A stretch of DNA of 64,000 bases from Octopus bimaculoides (lineage: Eukaryota). The stretch's first letter is position 1. Each line of letters opens with the position of its first letter. Below the pieces are notes generated by a model. That model was given only the letters and a program-made list of their open reading frames with translations. It searched no databases and was not told the DNA's origin. The position numbers and the translations under genes were made by a program. Of the stretch, positions 1 to 12,486 are shown in pieces. The stretch is taken from contig NC_068984.1 in NCBI RefSeq assembly GCF_001194135.2, positions 15,500,726 to 15,564,725 on the forward strand, read 5' to 3'.

Positions 1-198
1 TTTCGTGCGGGTGACACGTAAAAGCACCCACTACACTCTCTGAGTGGTTGGCGTTAGGAAGGGCATCCAGCTGTAGAAACTCTGCCAAATTAGACTGGAG
101 CCTGGTGTTGCCATCCGGTTTCACCAGTCCTCAGTCAAATCGTCCAACCCATGCTAGCATGGAAAGCGGACGTTAAACGATGATGATGATGATGATGA
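1..198 (+). mobile_element. (GAT)n-tailed RTE-type 3' end, young high-copy family
   Basis: Other copies: about 1510-2400 (-), 9990-10460 (+), 32382-32754 (-), 32755-32990 (+), 34575-34900 (+), 39495-39960 (-), 51600-51900 (+), 56540-57190 (-), 59285-59475 (+). Bases 1-181 match the reverse complement of 39515-39695 with one mismatch. Confidence 0.9.
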
Positions 199-1072
199 TA
201 TATATGAAATTATGAATTTAGTTCACTGGATAGGAGACAGGGGACGGGTCCAGTCAGTGCCCGTCCCCCGCCCTGCGATGGAGCTGCAGGGATATGGGGC
301 TCACTGTACGCGCAACAAGCTACAGGACTGGAGGAGTGTCCAACGATTGCCGCATGATGGAGAAGCGACCATGACCACATAATCGACCGGCGAGACTGAG
401 AGATAGGGACCAGTACTACCTCTGCAGACCACTGATCCAGAGTAAATTATTTCAGGGGAGATAATTTTGCAAACAAAGCGATGATCACAGTTGCATTAAT
501 TACATAAACCAACTTTGATACTGATTAACAGCCTGTTTAAAAACATTAATAACTGAAAGAGATGAATAGTGATTTCAAAGTATAACAGTTCACATCTTAT
601 GATATTCCATACAGCAAGGAAAGAACCTATACACAATCTAATTTCAAGTAATATACAATTAATATTATTGAATTTCATTTTCATTCCTGAACATTTTTAG
701 TATATAATCAAATAATTTAATTTATTACAATCAAATATTACAAGATGGCTTCAAATCTATTTTTTCTCATCATAAATATTATCTCCCTTTAAAGTTATTC
801 ACAATCACTTCTTAGTATCACAAATGTTATATCATGTATATTGCACTTGGGCATAGATTAGAATATTTCTTCTTTTATTCTTTTATTTGCTTCAGTCATT
901 TAACTTTAGTCGAGCAAATCGAACCCCAGGACGTATTCTTTGTAAGCCTAGTACTTATTCTATCAGTCTCTTTTGCAGAACCACTAAGTTACAGGGACAT
1001 AAACACACCAGCATCATTTGTCAAGCAATGTTGTGAGGGACAAACACAGACACACAAGCATACGTGCGCACG

Positions 1073-1104
<32 letters not shown>

Positions 1105-1453
1105 CGAGGGGCTTCTTTCAGCTTCTGTCTACCAAATCCACTCACAAGGCTTTGGTCAGCCTGAGGCAATAGTAGAAGATACTTGCCCAAGGTGCCACGC
1201 AGTAGGACTGAACCCAGAACCATGTGGTTGGTAAGCAAGCTTCTTACCACACAGCCACTCCTGTACCTTTGTATGAGAAAGTCTCATGTTTAATGTTTTA
1301 TAGAGTTTTCCTGAGAACAATGGTGATAGTTTCACAACAGCAGCAATCCCCAATAGGTTAATTAAATCAATATGCAAAAGCATATATATTTAGAAGACAC
1401 AACTTTGATGGTTGTCACAGAGACCCATAAAGAGTACATACAACTAATACACT

Positions 1454-1512
<59 letters not shown>

Positions 1513-3702
1513 TCATCATCATTGTTTAACGTGCGCTTTCCATGCTAGCATGGGTTGGACGATTTGACTGAGGACTGGTGAACTGGATGGCTGCACCAGG
1601 CTCCAATCTGATCTGGTAGNNNNNNNNNNNNNNNNNNNNNNNNNNNNNNNNNNNNNNNNNNNNNNNNNNNNNNNNNNNNNNNNNNNNNNNNNNNNNNNNN
1701 NNNNNNNNNNNNNNNNNNNNNNNNNNNNNNNNNNNNNNNNNNNNNNNNNNNNNNNNNNNNNNNNNNNNNNNNNNNNNNNNNNNNNNNNNNNNNNNNNNNN
1801 NNNNNNNNNNNNNNNNNNNNNNNNNNNNNNNNNNNNNNNNNNNNNNNNNNNNNNNNNNNNNNNNNNNNNNNNNNNNNNNNNNNNNNNNNNNNNNNNNNNN
1901 NNNNNNNNNNNNNNNNNNNNNNNNNNNNNNNNNNNNNNNNNNNNNNNNNNNNNNNNNNNNNNNNNNNNNNNNNNNNNNNNNNNNNNNNNNNNNNNNNNNN
2001 NNNNNNNNNNNNNNNNNNNNNNNNNNNNNNNNNNNNNNNNNNNNNNNNNNNNNNNNNNNNNNNNNNNNNNNNNNNTGCCACCTGCACAGGAGCCAGTCCA
2101 GCGGCACTGGCAATGACCTCACTCAAATGATTTTCTAACGTAACACCGGCACAAGTGCCAGTAAGGCGACGCTGGTAACGATCATGCTCAAATATTCCTA
2201 TTTATGTGCCACTAGCATGGAAGCCAGACAGCTGCTCTGGCAATGATCACGCTTGGACAGTGCTGTTAGTGCTCCACTGGAACAGGTGCCAATCATCGAA
2301 TATGGTTCAATTACGATTTCGATTTCACTTGCCCCAACAGGTCTTCACAAGCCGAGTTTAGTGTCCAATGAAGGAGAAGTTGGTTTGATTTTGATTTCAA
2401 ATTCACTTGCCTCAACAGGTCTTCGCAAGCATTTAAAGCAAACAGCTACAAAATGTCTAAACCAGGATTTGAAACCAAATTCCCAATCTCCTACAAGTCC
2501 ATGGCCTATTGTTCTTGCCTGTTGCACAAAGACATTTCTTAGAATGAACTAACCTCTTAGACCTTTCCAAGGCATTCATGAGTCAAACCTGATGCAGAGG
2601 AAACATCTTACGTTTAGTTTAGCCTGATTTGGTTAGGAAGAATATAAATATGCAACATCAAATAAGTTCCTTTTCTTTGGGTCAACCAACCTCTGATCAG
2701 AAAGTATCAATTTTCCTTCCTCCTTCTTCCTGGGACTGATGGAGAAAGCTTCATTATCCCTGGAACAATACAATCCTTACTCTTTCTATCTAACTACACT
2801 TTATTACCCCCCCCCTCTCTCTCTTAAGTAGTCACTTAGATGAAGCTAATTGCTATACACAATGGACCATGGAGCTAAAGACAATTTGTTTGCTGCAACA
2901 ACAAACAAGCTGTGTACACAAACGACTCAAGAGAAGTTGTTTTCTAGATATAACAACATAGTAAACATAAATTAAAGACCATCTTAGTAACCAATTAATA
3001 TTGTCCTGCTCTCATTTATACAATACAACATATTGCAGCACATTGATTTTTATAATTCATGACTCCATTGTTTTATATATATATATATANNNNNNNNNNN
3101 NNNNNNNNNNNNNNNNNNNNNNNNNNNNNNNNNNNNNNNNNNNNNNNNNNNNNNNNNNNNNNNNNNNNNNNNNNNNNNNNNNNNNNNNNNNNNNNNNNNN
3201 NNNNNNNNNNNNNNNNNNNNNNNNNNNNNNNNNNNNNNNNNNNNNNNNNNNNNNNNNNNNNNNNNNNNNNNNNNNNNNNNNNNNNNNNNNNNNNNNNNNN
3301 NNNNNNNNNNNNNNNNNNNNNNNNNNNNNNNNNNNNNNNNNNNNNNNNNNNNNNNNNNNNNNNNNNNNNNNNNNNNNNNNNNNNNNNNNNNNNNNNNNNN
3401 NNNNNNNNNNNNNNNNNNNNNNNNNNNNNNNNNNNNNNNNNNNNNNNNNNNNNNNNNNNNNNNNNNNNNNNNNNNNNNNNNNNNNNNNNNNNNNNNNNNN
3501 NNNNNNNNNNNNNNNNNNNNNNNNNNNNNNNNNNNNNNNNNNNNNNNNNNNNNNNNNNNNNNNNNNNNNNNNNNNNNNNNNNNNNNNNNNNNNNNNNNNN
3601 NNNNNNNNNNNNNNNNNNNNNNNNNNNNNNNNNNNNNNNNNNNNNNNNNNNNNNNNNNNNNNNNNNNNNNNNNNNNNNNNNNNNNNNNNNNNNNNNNNNN
3701 NN

Positions 3703-3746
<44 letters not shown>

Positions 3747-3942
3747 GAGTGAGTGGACAAATCAAAGAAGGGCACTCAACAAATTTATTGGAAGTTACAT
3801 GTATGGATCGAAACAGTTTGATTTTGATTCAAATTCATTGGTACTCTTGAGTTTCAAGTGTGATACTAGTCATCAACAATTTTGAATTTGAATGACAGAA
3901 GTTGATCGTGGGCTGCAATTAGTCGAGGAAGGTCATGCAATG

Positions 3943-4091
3943 TCGTGACTCAATGTTGGTATATGGGTAACAGTTAGTTGGAAAATACCACATGGTGAAC
4001 AGGAAATTCCTATCCTCCACATGGTCAATTTCCTGTTCACCATGTTGTATTTTCTAACTAACTGTTACCCTATACCAACATCAAGCCACGA
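3943..4091. repeat. 149-bp hairpin with arms of about 65 bp and an 18-nt loop
   Basis: 3943-4008 vs 4027-4091: about 5 mismatches and one 1-nt indel, counted by eye. Confidence 0.85.
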
Positions 4092-4153
4092 GTATCCCTT
4101 ATACATCATCATCATCGTTTAACGTCCGCTTTCCATGCTAGCANNNNNNNNNN

Positions 4154-4195
<42 letters not shown>

Positions 4196-5289
4196 ACACC
4201 ACACATATATTCAGACGTAAGATTAATAAACTATTTTCATGCAGATGATAACAGCTATTGAGCTAGAAACATGTATCCACAACTACCCTCTTATCTCCAG
4301 ACAATAAACCTGTCTGTTTCTTAATGACGTGTCAGCTTTGGAGAAATCTTGAATCTTGAGATTATCTTCCTTTCTCAGGTTGCACTGGTTTTGGTTTCCA
4401 TTTGGTAATTATGATACATTCTCTAGAGGCAGAGATACTTATAATAAATCAAGAATTGATGTTGTATGGTATTTGATATACCTGTATTTGTCTATGTTGC
4501 TTAAATACATACCACTACTTTACCTGATTTATTTTGCTTANNNNNNNNNNNNNNNNNNNNNNNNNNNNNNNNNNNNNNNNNNNNNNNNNNNNNNNNNNNN
4601 NNNNNNNNNNNNNNNNNNNNNNNNNNNNNNNNNNNNNNNNNNNNNNNNNNNNNNNNNNNNNNNNNNNNNNNNNNNNNNNNNNNNNNNNNNNNNNNNNNNN
4701 NNNNNNNNNNNNNNNNNNNNNNNNNNNNNNNNTATATGTTTGTGTGTCTGTGTTTGTCCTCCCAACATCGCTTGACAACTGATGCTGGTGTGTTAATGTT
4801 CCCGTAACTTAGCGGTTCGGCAAAAGGGGGAGATAGAATAAGTACTAGGCTTACAAAGAATAAGTCCTAGGGTCGATTTGCTCAACTAAAGGCGGTGCTC
4901 CAGCATGGCCGCAGTCAAATGACTGAAACATGTAAAAGAGTAATATATATATAGAGAGAGAGAGAGAAAGAGAGACAGAGAGAGAGTTCAAACTTACAGA
5001 AAACAGAAGATAAAGACAGGTGTAGGAACAACAAGCAGGCGTATTAGTGTGACACTCTGGTAGAATGGAAAAGTCTTTTACATTTCAAGCCTATGCTCTT
5101 CAACAGAAAGGATTAAGATGAAAAAAATGGAGAGGAAATAAAAAGAACAGAGAGAGTAAAATGTGCAGAGTTCAACGGTCCAACATGGACAGATGACTGG
5201 AAAAAAGAGGCTGAATGAAAGGGAGATAATAATAATGATAAGAATAATAACGGTAATGGTGACCACAACGAACTAAGGTAAACAAGCAC

Positions 5290-5990
5290 ATGTGTGTATG
5301 TGGGAATGGTGTGTGTGAGTGTGTATGTGTGAATGGGGTCGAGTGTGTGAGTATGCATGTGTCAGTGAGTGTGGGTGTGTGCGTATGGATGTGTGTGTAA
5401 ATGTGTATGGACGTGTGTATATGTGTGAGGCTAATGTGTGTGTGTGTGTGTGTGTTGTGTGTAACATTTGATGTGTGCTTGTTCAGGTGGTGTGTGCAAG
5501 TGTGTGTGTGTGTGTGCATGTCTGTGACCAAATAGTGTGCATGTGTATAGTGTATGTTTGGGCAAAAGTTATCTGTTTCTATGCGTGTTGCATGTGATTA
5601 TGTGCGTTGTGTGTGTGTGTGTGTGTGGGAGTTTGCATGATGGTGTGTGGTGTGTCTACTGAGTTGAACAGTGTGCGGGGCTGCTCGTATAGTGGTATAT
5701 GTGGTGTTGCTATTGAAGAGTGAGTGTGGATGTGTGGATAATGGTGTGTGGTATGGGTGCTGAGAAGTGTCCGGTGCTAGTGTGTGGAGTGGGAAATGTT
5801 TGTGGGTGGGTGTGTAATGGTGTGTGAAGTGAGTAATGAGTTGAACAGTGTGTACAAGTGTTTGTATAGTGGCATGTGTGTGGTGAGGGTACTGAGCTAG
5901 GCGGAATGCAGGTGTGTGGGTGGAGGGGAAGCAGTTGAATGTGGGATGCATGTGGGAATCCATGTGGGGTTGGTGTCAGATGAAGAGAGG
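5290..5990. repeat. Cryptic (TG/CA)-rich low-complexity tract
   Basis: About 700 bp of degenerate GT/TG repeats; it is the source of the His/Thr-rich pseudo-ORFs in the track. Confidence 0.85.
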
Positions 5991-7000
5991 TAGTGAGTTG
6001 AGTCATATGGTGCAAAGGAATGAAGAGAGAAGATTAATTCCTGTTCACAGAAAAGGCGGAAGTCCGGATGGCCCCTGTGCAGAGATAGTTCAAACACAGA
6101 CAGATGTTATAGTGAATGACCAGTAGAGCAGAAGTGGCGCAAGACTGGGGTGTCATTGGCGAGTCTGATGTCTCAAAGGTGCTCTGCAAACCAGTCAGCC
6201 AAGTGGCATCCCCTTTGACCAATGTACAGGGAAGGACAGAGAGAGTAAGAGATGCAGTAAATAACATTACTGGAAGTGCAGGTAAAGGAGTCAGTGTCAT
6301 GATAGGGAAAGTGATGGGTGCCAGTGAGGATAGTGGTGTTGGAGAGGTAAGGGCAGGTGTGACAGCAGGGGTGAAAGCAGGGGAAGGAGCCAGGCTGGGA
6401 GGCAGGAGTAAGGAAGAAATAGTGGACCAGAAGGTCACACAGGTTATGGGCTCAATTGAAGGAGTGAAAGTGTAGGTTAGGGAAGATGTATGAGATGGAA
6501 GAATCGAACTGGAGTTGCCGGAAGGCTTGGAGAATGGGTCATTGGAGGGGTAGCGTGGAGGAGTGGTAGATGAAGGGAATGGGAGACAGGTAAGGGTGGG
6601 ATGGGTGCAAGGAGAAAGAGCAGAAGTATGGTCCACAGATTGTGCCTGGGCAAGGAGTGTAGATAATGGTAACAAGATATCCACTGAGTTTCAAAGTTAT
6701 AGTCATCACTGCAGAGCCTGCGTAGATGGAGGAATTGGGAGAAGTGGATGGAAAGCTTGATGTGGGTAGGGTGGAAGGAAGAGAAGTTAAGGTAAGAGTG
6801 TGAAGTGTGAATCAGTGTGTTTGTAGAGGATGAAAGTGGTGAGAGCAGAGTGGTGTATGTTGACAAAAATGTCAAGAAATTTGACGAAAGAGTTACAGTG
6901 CAAGAGAATTTTAGGGCAGGATGGAAGGTTTGGACAAAGGAGAGGAAGGAGTCCAGATGTTCATGAGATATATATATATAAACTAATGTCCCTTTGATGA
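5990..7000 (-). mobile_element. Decayed Penelope-like element (RT C-terminus plus GIY-YIG endonuclease)
   Basis: Translates to HSYLNFSSFHPTHIKLSIHFSQFLHLRRLCSDD (RT thumb region), CTSSNVIYCISYSLCPSLYIGQRGCHLADWFAEH (GIY-YIG) and EQELIFSLHSFAP (endonuclease end), with frameshifts. Confidence 0.85.
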
Positions 7001-7029
7001 TAATGAATACAGGATGTGACATTTGACAC

Positions 7030-7480
7030 ACATCAGGGCTTGGTTATTAGAGAACTTTAGTCTTCTGGATATCAATATCTAAGCCAAACTTTGGGACCAC
7101 CTTGTTAAAGGCATCCACCAGGCTTTTCAATCCTTCACACTCTGGGAGACAAGGACACAATTATCAAAAGAAAAAAAAACATTTCTCTCATTAACATGTG
7201 GTCTTAGCCATAACTTTGAGATGTAACACCTTAAACAAGCTAGCTGCAGATTTTGTCTGCATGTAGATACCTTCAATTGAATTGTGGAACACTTCCATAA
7301 ACACCAATATACAAATAGAATGAGAATATCTAGTATACAACCTTACTTGACTCCCACAGTAACATTAAACTGTGCTTAGCTGAAGTTCAACTTGAGATAA
7401 CTTGAGCCTACCAGACTCAATCATACACATGAACTTTTGAACCGTAAAGGATTAAAAATTGTGTAACATGGTGACAAGAT
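7030..7480 (-). mobile_element. RTE/BovB-type LINE reverse transcriptase remnant
   Basis: Minus-strand segments resemble FNVTVGVK.GCIL, EGIYMQTK and LKSLVDAFNKVVPKFGLDIDIQKTKVL, with stops and frameshifts. Confidence 0.6.
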
Positions 7481-8411
7481 AACACTAGATTTAGCTAAGC
7501 AAAATTACTTGAAGATATACTACTAAAAATAAGAGAATATGGTGAGTCAAGTTCTTCTTTGACTTGTATGTTCATTGGACACTACATCAGTCGAAAGTAA
7601 AACAAAACAAAGTAAATGTGTAATTTATACAGAATTAGAAATGATGCAATAACGTGGATTATTTTGCAAATGATCGAATCTACCAAGCAAAGAACTACTA
7701 TTTATCAAAAACAAATCAAGCAAATCATTTTCCACAAGGATTCAGGATAAGAAATTTGCTCAAAGGAGATGAAATGTGTATGATTCTCAGACATAACCAA
7801 TCACATATGAAAATGTTACTCCTGTTGTTCAACGAGTGATATTACTTCCCAGAACAATGAAGAAAGATAACTGTAACAGTTATTACAGAAATACTACACT
7901 TGGAAATTCTTATCCAAACAGAAGAGCTTTTTACCATTGTAAAAAGGAGGTCAGCACAATTTGTATGTATGTGGTCATATATGTCATAGGACACAAAGTA
8001 GCTGAATTGAATCCATTTGAACCTAAAAACCAGGAAATAGTTATAATTTATTCAGTAGCTCTCACCCTCTCTCTCTCTCTCACACACACACACACATAAA
8101 AAATTCAAATGCATGAGTTTTTCATTCTCAGTTTTCAAACGAGAATAAAGAACTCCAAGTAGCAACTAAATTTTGAATAAGTAGACGCTATGCCGCCATG
8201 AAAAACAGACATTGAATAAAGAGTCAAGAAATATGAAAAGTGAATATATTTATTTCACCACTTGTCATCATTAGGATTACAACCATTTCACAGTATTTAT
8301 CATGTAATAATAAGCTATTTTACATGTCTGCAATATTTACAAGTCTGTGCAGATAAAGAAAGCTAGCTCATCAGACCACGAGAGTATCATGGTTAAATCA
8401 ATGCTTCAAGT

Positions 8412-8461
<50 letters not shown>

Positions 8462-8807
8462 GGTGTGTGTCTTTTTCTTTTATTTGTTTCAGTCATTTGA
8501 CTGTGGCCATGCTNNNNNNNNNNNNNNNNNNNNNNNNNNNNNNNNNNNNNNNNNNNNNNNNNNNNNNNNNNNNNNNNNNNNNNNNNNNNNNNNNNNNNNN
8601 NNNNNNNNNNNNNNNNNNNNNNNNNNNNNNNNNNNNNNNNNNNNNNNNNNNNNNNNNNNNNNNNNNNNNNNNNNNNNNNNNNNNNNNNNNNNNNNNNNNN
8701 NNNNNNNNNNNNNNNNNNNNNNNNNNNNNNNNNNNNNNNNNNNNNNNNNNNNNNNNNNNNNNNNNNNNNNNNNNNNNNNTATATATATATATATATATAT
8801 ATATATA

Positions 8808-9170
8808 GGCGCAGGAGTGGCTGTGTGGTAAGTAGCTTACTTACCAACCACATGGTTCCGGGTTCAGTCCCATTGCGTGGCCCCTTAGGCAAGTGTCTTC
8901 TACTATAGCCTCGGGCCGACCAAAGCCTTGTGAGTGGATTTGGTAGACAGAAACTGAAAGAAGCCCGTCGTATATATGTATATGTATATAAATCTATGTG
9001 TGTTTGTGTGTCAGTGTTTGTCCCCTCCAACATTGCTTGACAACCAATGCTGGTGTGTTTACATCCCTGTAACTTACAAAGAATAAGTCCTGGGTCGATT
9101 TGCTCGACTAAAGGCAGTGCTCCAGCATGGCCACAGTCAAATGACTGAAACAAGTAAAAGAGTAAAGAGA
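8808..9170 (+). mobile_element. tRNA-derived SINE, family A (representative copy)
   Basis: A-box-like TGGCTGTGTGG and B-box-like GGTTCAGTCCC head. Other copies: about 870-1265 (-), 29790-30120 (-), 34040-34320 (+), 50780-51090 (-), 51900-52200 (-), 52500-52820 (-), 60770-60950 (+). Confidence 0.85.
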
Positions 9171-9179
9171 GTATATATA

Positions 9180-9220
<41 letters not shown>

Positions 9221-9917
9221 GCACACATATACATTCATACTCATACATGAAACATTGCATTGTCTTGAATGTTCATATATCTGTGAAAACATTAAGCCCT
9301 CCTACCACTCCTCCTTTATCAGATATCTTTTATAACTATCATTCATATCTCTATCACTCATGCTTTTCATTCTGTAAAAAGGGTGATGAGTGAGCAAAGA
9401 CAGCAAAGACATGGCTAGATGTCATGAAAAATGCCCTCTGTAAAGTGTGAGGTGGTGAAGACCCTTGCACACTGTAAAGTGTGAGGTGATGAAGTCTTGT
9501 TAAGGATATGATACCTCTCTAGTGCTGATGATACAAAACAAAGAACAGAAGAAAAAAAGAGAAAGAAAAAATACCCAGTACTGTATGTTAAAGTAGTTGT
9601 TGGGTACAGAATCAAATGTATTCATACACACATATATACATATACACGTGTGTGTGTGTGTGTGTAGACATGTTGAGTAAGTTGTTTAAAACAAAATTCA
9701 AAGTTCCAGTTAAATGAATATTATCAATAACTTTCACTCAACAAAATCTATAGAGTCCAACTATCAGTAAATGCTTTGTTGTTTTCTACAAGTTTATTAA
9801 TTATGTATCATTATCATCATGATTGTCCTTGTTTAATGACACTTTTCCTTGCTTGCGTGGATCAGACAGAGTTTACAGAGGCAGGTTTTCTACAGCCAGA
9901 TGCCTTTCATGTCACCA

Positions 9918-9919
<2 letters not shown>

Positions 9920-9987
<68 letters not shown>
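9920..9987. repeat. (AT)n microsatellite (representative)
   Basis: Pure AT run. Similar runs at about 1470-1510, 3703-3745, 8413-8458 and 42470-42495 often border N gaps. Confidence 0.95.
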
Positions 9988-9989
<2 letters not shown>

Positions 9990-10846
9990 AACCATACTCG
10001 ATGACTGGCACCTGCGCCAGTGGAGCACTAACAGCACTGTCCGAGCGTGATCGTTGCCAGAGCAGCTGTTTGGCTTCTGCGCCAGTAGCATATACATAGC
10101 ACCATTTGAGCATGATCGTTACCAGCGTTGCCTTCTCGCACTTGTGCTGGTGGCACATTAGAAAATCATTTGAGCGAGGTCGTTGCCAGTGCCGCTGGAC
10201 TGGTTCCCGTGCAGGTGGCACATAAAAAATACCTTTTTGAGCATGGCCGTTGCCAGTACCGTGTGACTGGCCCCCGTGCCGGTAGCACGTAAAAGCACCC
10301 ACTATACTCTCAGAGTGGTTGGCGTTAGGAAGGGCATCCAGCTGTAGAAACTCTGCCAGATCAGATTGGATCCTGGTGCAGCCTTCTGGCTTGCCAGTCC
10401 CCAGTCAGATCATCCAATCCATGCTAGCATGGAAAATGTTAAACGATGATGATGATGATATATATATGGTAGGGATATGCCTTTATGTATGACCCCAATT
10501 TTACATGGCTCAACGTGTTTTCTCAAGCACAGGAAATTGTCAGAGATCTCGGTCCCTTGTCATCTCCTCTAGTGATATGTTTTTGAACAATATAAACAAA
10601 TACAAATTTTGGCACAAGAGCAGCAATTTCAGAGGAAGAGGTAAGTCAATTACATTGACCCCAGTGTTTAACTGGTACTTATTTTATTGACCCCAGTAAG
10701 GATGAAAGGCAAAGTCAACCTCAGCAGAATTTGAACTCAGAACTTCTAAGTATTCACCCGGCATGCTAATGATTCTGCTAGCTCACCACCTTATCAAATA
10801 CAAATATATTAAATACCAGATAACATAAATTTTTGATTTATTAATA

Positions 10847-11230
10847 CAGTGATACCTCGCAGTACGAGTTTAATTCGTTCCATAACCAAGCTCATCTTAC
10901 AATTTATTCATTTTACAAATCAATTCTCCCCATTGAAATTAACTAAAATATAATTAATCCATTCCGGCCCCCAAAAACCACTCAAAAATAATTTTTTATG
11001 GGTTTTAAAACAGAAATGGTGTAGTTACAAGTAAATTGACAATTATAAAAAAGAGAATGCAAAAGAAATATGTAAACTGGTTTTATTAACTGAATTACCT
11101 TAAAGATGGGACTATTTGTGTGCTTGTCTTGTGGATTTCCACTTGTACGTCAAGAAAAAATTCATACAAGTCTCGGCTCGTACAGCAAATTACTCGTACA
11201 ATGGTGCACTTATACTGTGAGGTTCTACTG
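10847..11230. mobile_element. pogo/Tigger-type MITE
   Basis: TA|CAGTGATACCTC...GAGGTTCTACTG|TA termini with a TA target duplication. Confidence 0.8.
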
Positions 11231-11453
11231 TATTTTTTCCACCTCTTGAAGGTCTTTATTCATTTAAACCATTATTTAAATTTTTGTAGTATCTGTTTTA
11301 CAGAAGAACAATAACTAAAGCTAAGGTTGGCTTGATTTGAATTTGAAAACTGATATTTTCTCTTGCAAGGTGCTTGGTGACCCTGTTGGTGATGGTGTCA
11401 CATAGAAAACACCAGTGCTGGTGCCACATAAAAAGCACCCAGTACAATCTGTA

Positions 11454-11803
11454 GTATACTTAAAATTAGATAGCCCGAACACATAAGCAATATGGAGCTA
11501 CGGCAAAGAACAAATCAAGTTTCGATTAGGGAGCAAATATTTAAGAAAAAGTGGAAGTGGATTGGTAGCACAATCAGAAAAGACACACCAAATGTAGCGA
11601 AAAGTGCTTTACAGTGGAATCCGGATGGATATAGAAAGAAAGGTAGGCCTAAGAACTTGTGGCATAGATCAACACAAAAGGAACTAGAGAAAGAGGGACA
11701 TTCATGGCAGAGTATAAGTACAGAAACGAAAAATTATGCGACATGGAATTCAATTATAAGTGGCCTATACTCCGCGTTGGAGGGTTAAGGGCAAGAAAAA
11801 AAA
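11454..11803 (+). mobile_element. 5'-truncated RTE LINE 3' end inserted inside another RTE-type 3' UTR
   Basis: ORF 11492-11788 (KWKWIGSTIRK...ALQWNPDGYRKKGRPKNLW) matches an RTE ORF2 C-terminus. It has an A-rich tail and is flanked by acaatctgta (11444) and acactctgta (11804), a near-perfect 10-bp TSD. Confidence 0.8.
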
Positions 11804-12239
11804 ACACTCTGTAAAGTGGTTGGCATTAGGAAGGGCACCCAGCTGTAGAAATCATACCAAAGCAGACAATGGAGCCTAGTATGCTTCTGGCCTTGCCAGC
11901 TCCTATCAAACTACCAGTATGTAAAGAAATGTTTAATGATGATGGTGGTGGTGATGATGACGACATTATAATTACGTTATTTGTTTTATGAGCTGTATTG
12001 ACTTCACCACAACATGTTGACCCAATAATGGTTTGATACATCAAGTAATTAATTGATAAAAAAAAATACACACACCACACAGAATGAAATACTCACGAGC
12101 TTGTGTTACTGTGGTTTTTGGTTGCAGGGGTTACCAGTGTTGTTGTTTCGGCATTGAAGTATGTGGTATCATTACCGAAGTTAATATTGTTGCTGTATTA
12201 ATCATGGTGTGAGATAAGGCTAGCAGCAGATATTACAAC

Positions 12240-12486
12240 CAGGGCCAGTGCTAGGAAGTGTCAGTGTCAGAGAATTGTCAGTGGGGTCCTCCACTCTACA
12301 AAAGCTGAAGACTTGTGTTTTATGCTTCATATACTACGCCAGTCCCAACCAAAAAACATTGAGGGCTTGGGGCTCCACCATTAGCCACAACGATGTACTA
12401 AAAATTCATCATGGTGTCCTCCACTCAAGCATGCATGCCAGGCCTAATTTGAACAAATTTGTCTAATTGGCTTAAAACTGGTCCTA
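12240..12486. mobile_element. hAT-type MITE
   Basis: CAGGGCCAG...CTGGTCCTA termini with a perfect 8-bp TSD ATTACAAC (12232-12239 and 12487-12494). Confidence 0.88.

Noticed and set aside
4242-4275. Fourth hammerhead-like string (CAGAUGA...GAAA-CAUGU-A)
   Set aside because: It has a palindromic stem III, but the core is mutated and no stem I can be formed.
4378-4470. Plus-strand exon-like segment (acceptor ttcctttctcag, donor gtattt)
   Set aside because: Two frames are open, neither is recognisable, and no partner exons were found.
1526-4782. Long ORFs in the track containing X runs (also 8347-9234, 43088-43748, 56865-57902)
   Set aside because: They are open only because they read through N gaps and (AT)n runs.
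5078-6015. His/Thr-rich ORFs
   Set aside because: Translations of the TG/CA low-complexity tract.
6034-6684. 216-aa Pro/Ser/Thr-rich ORF
   Set aside because: Off-frame reading of the decayed Penelope-like element; the real motifs lie in other frames.
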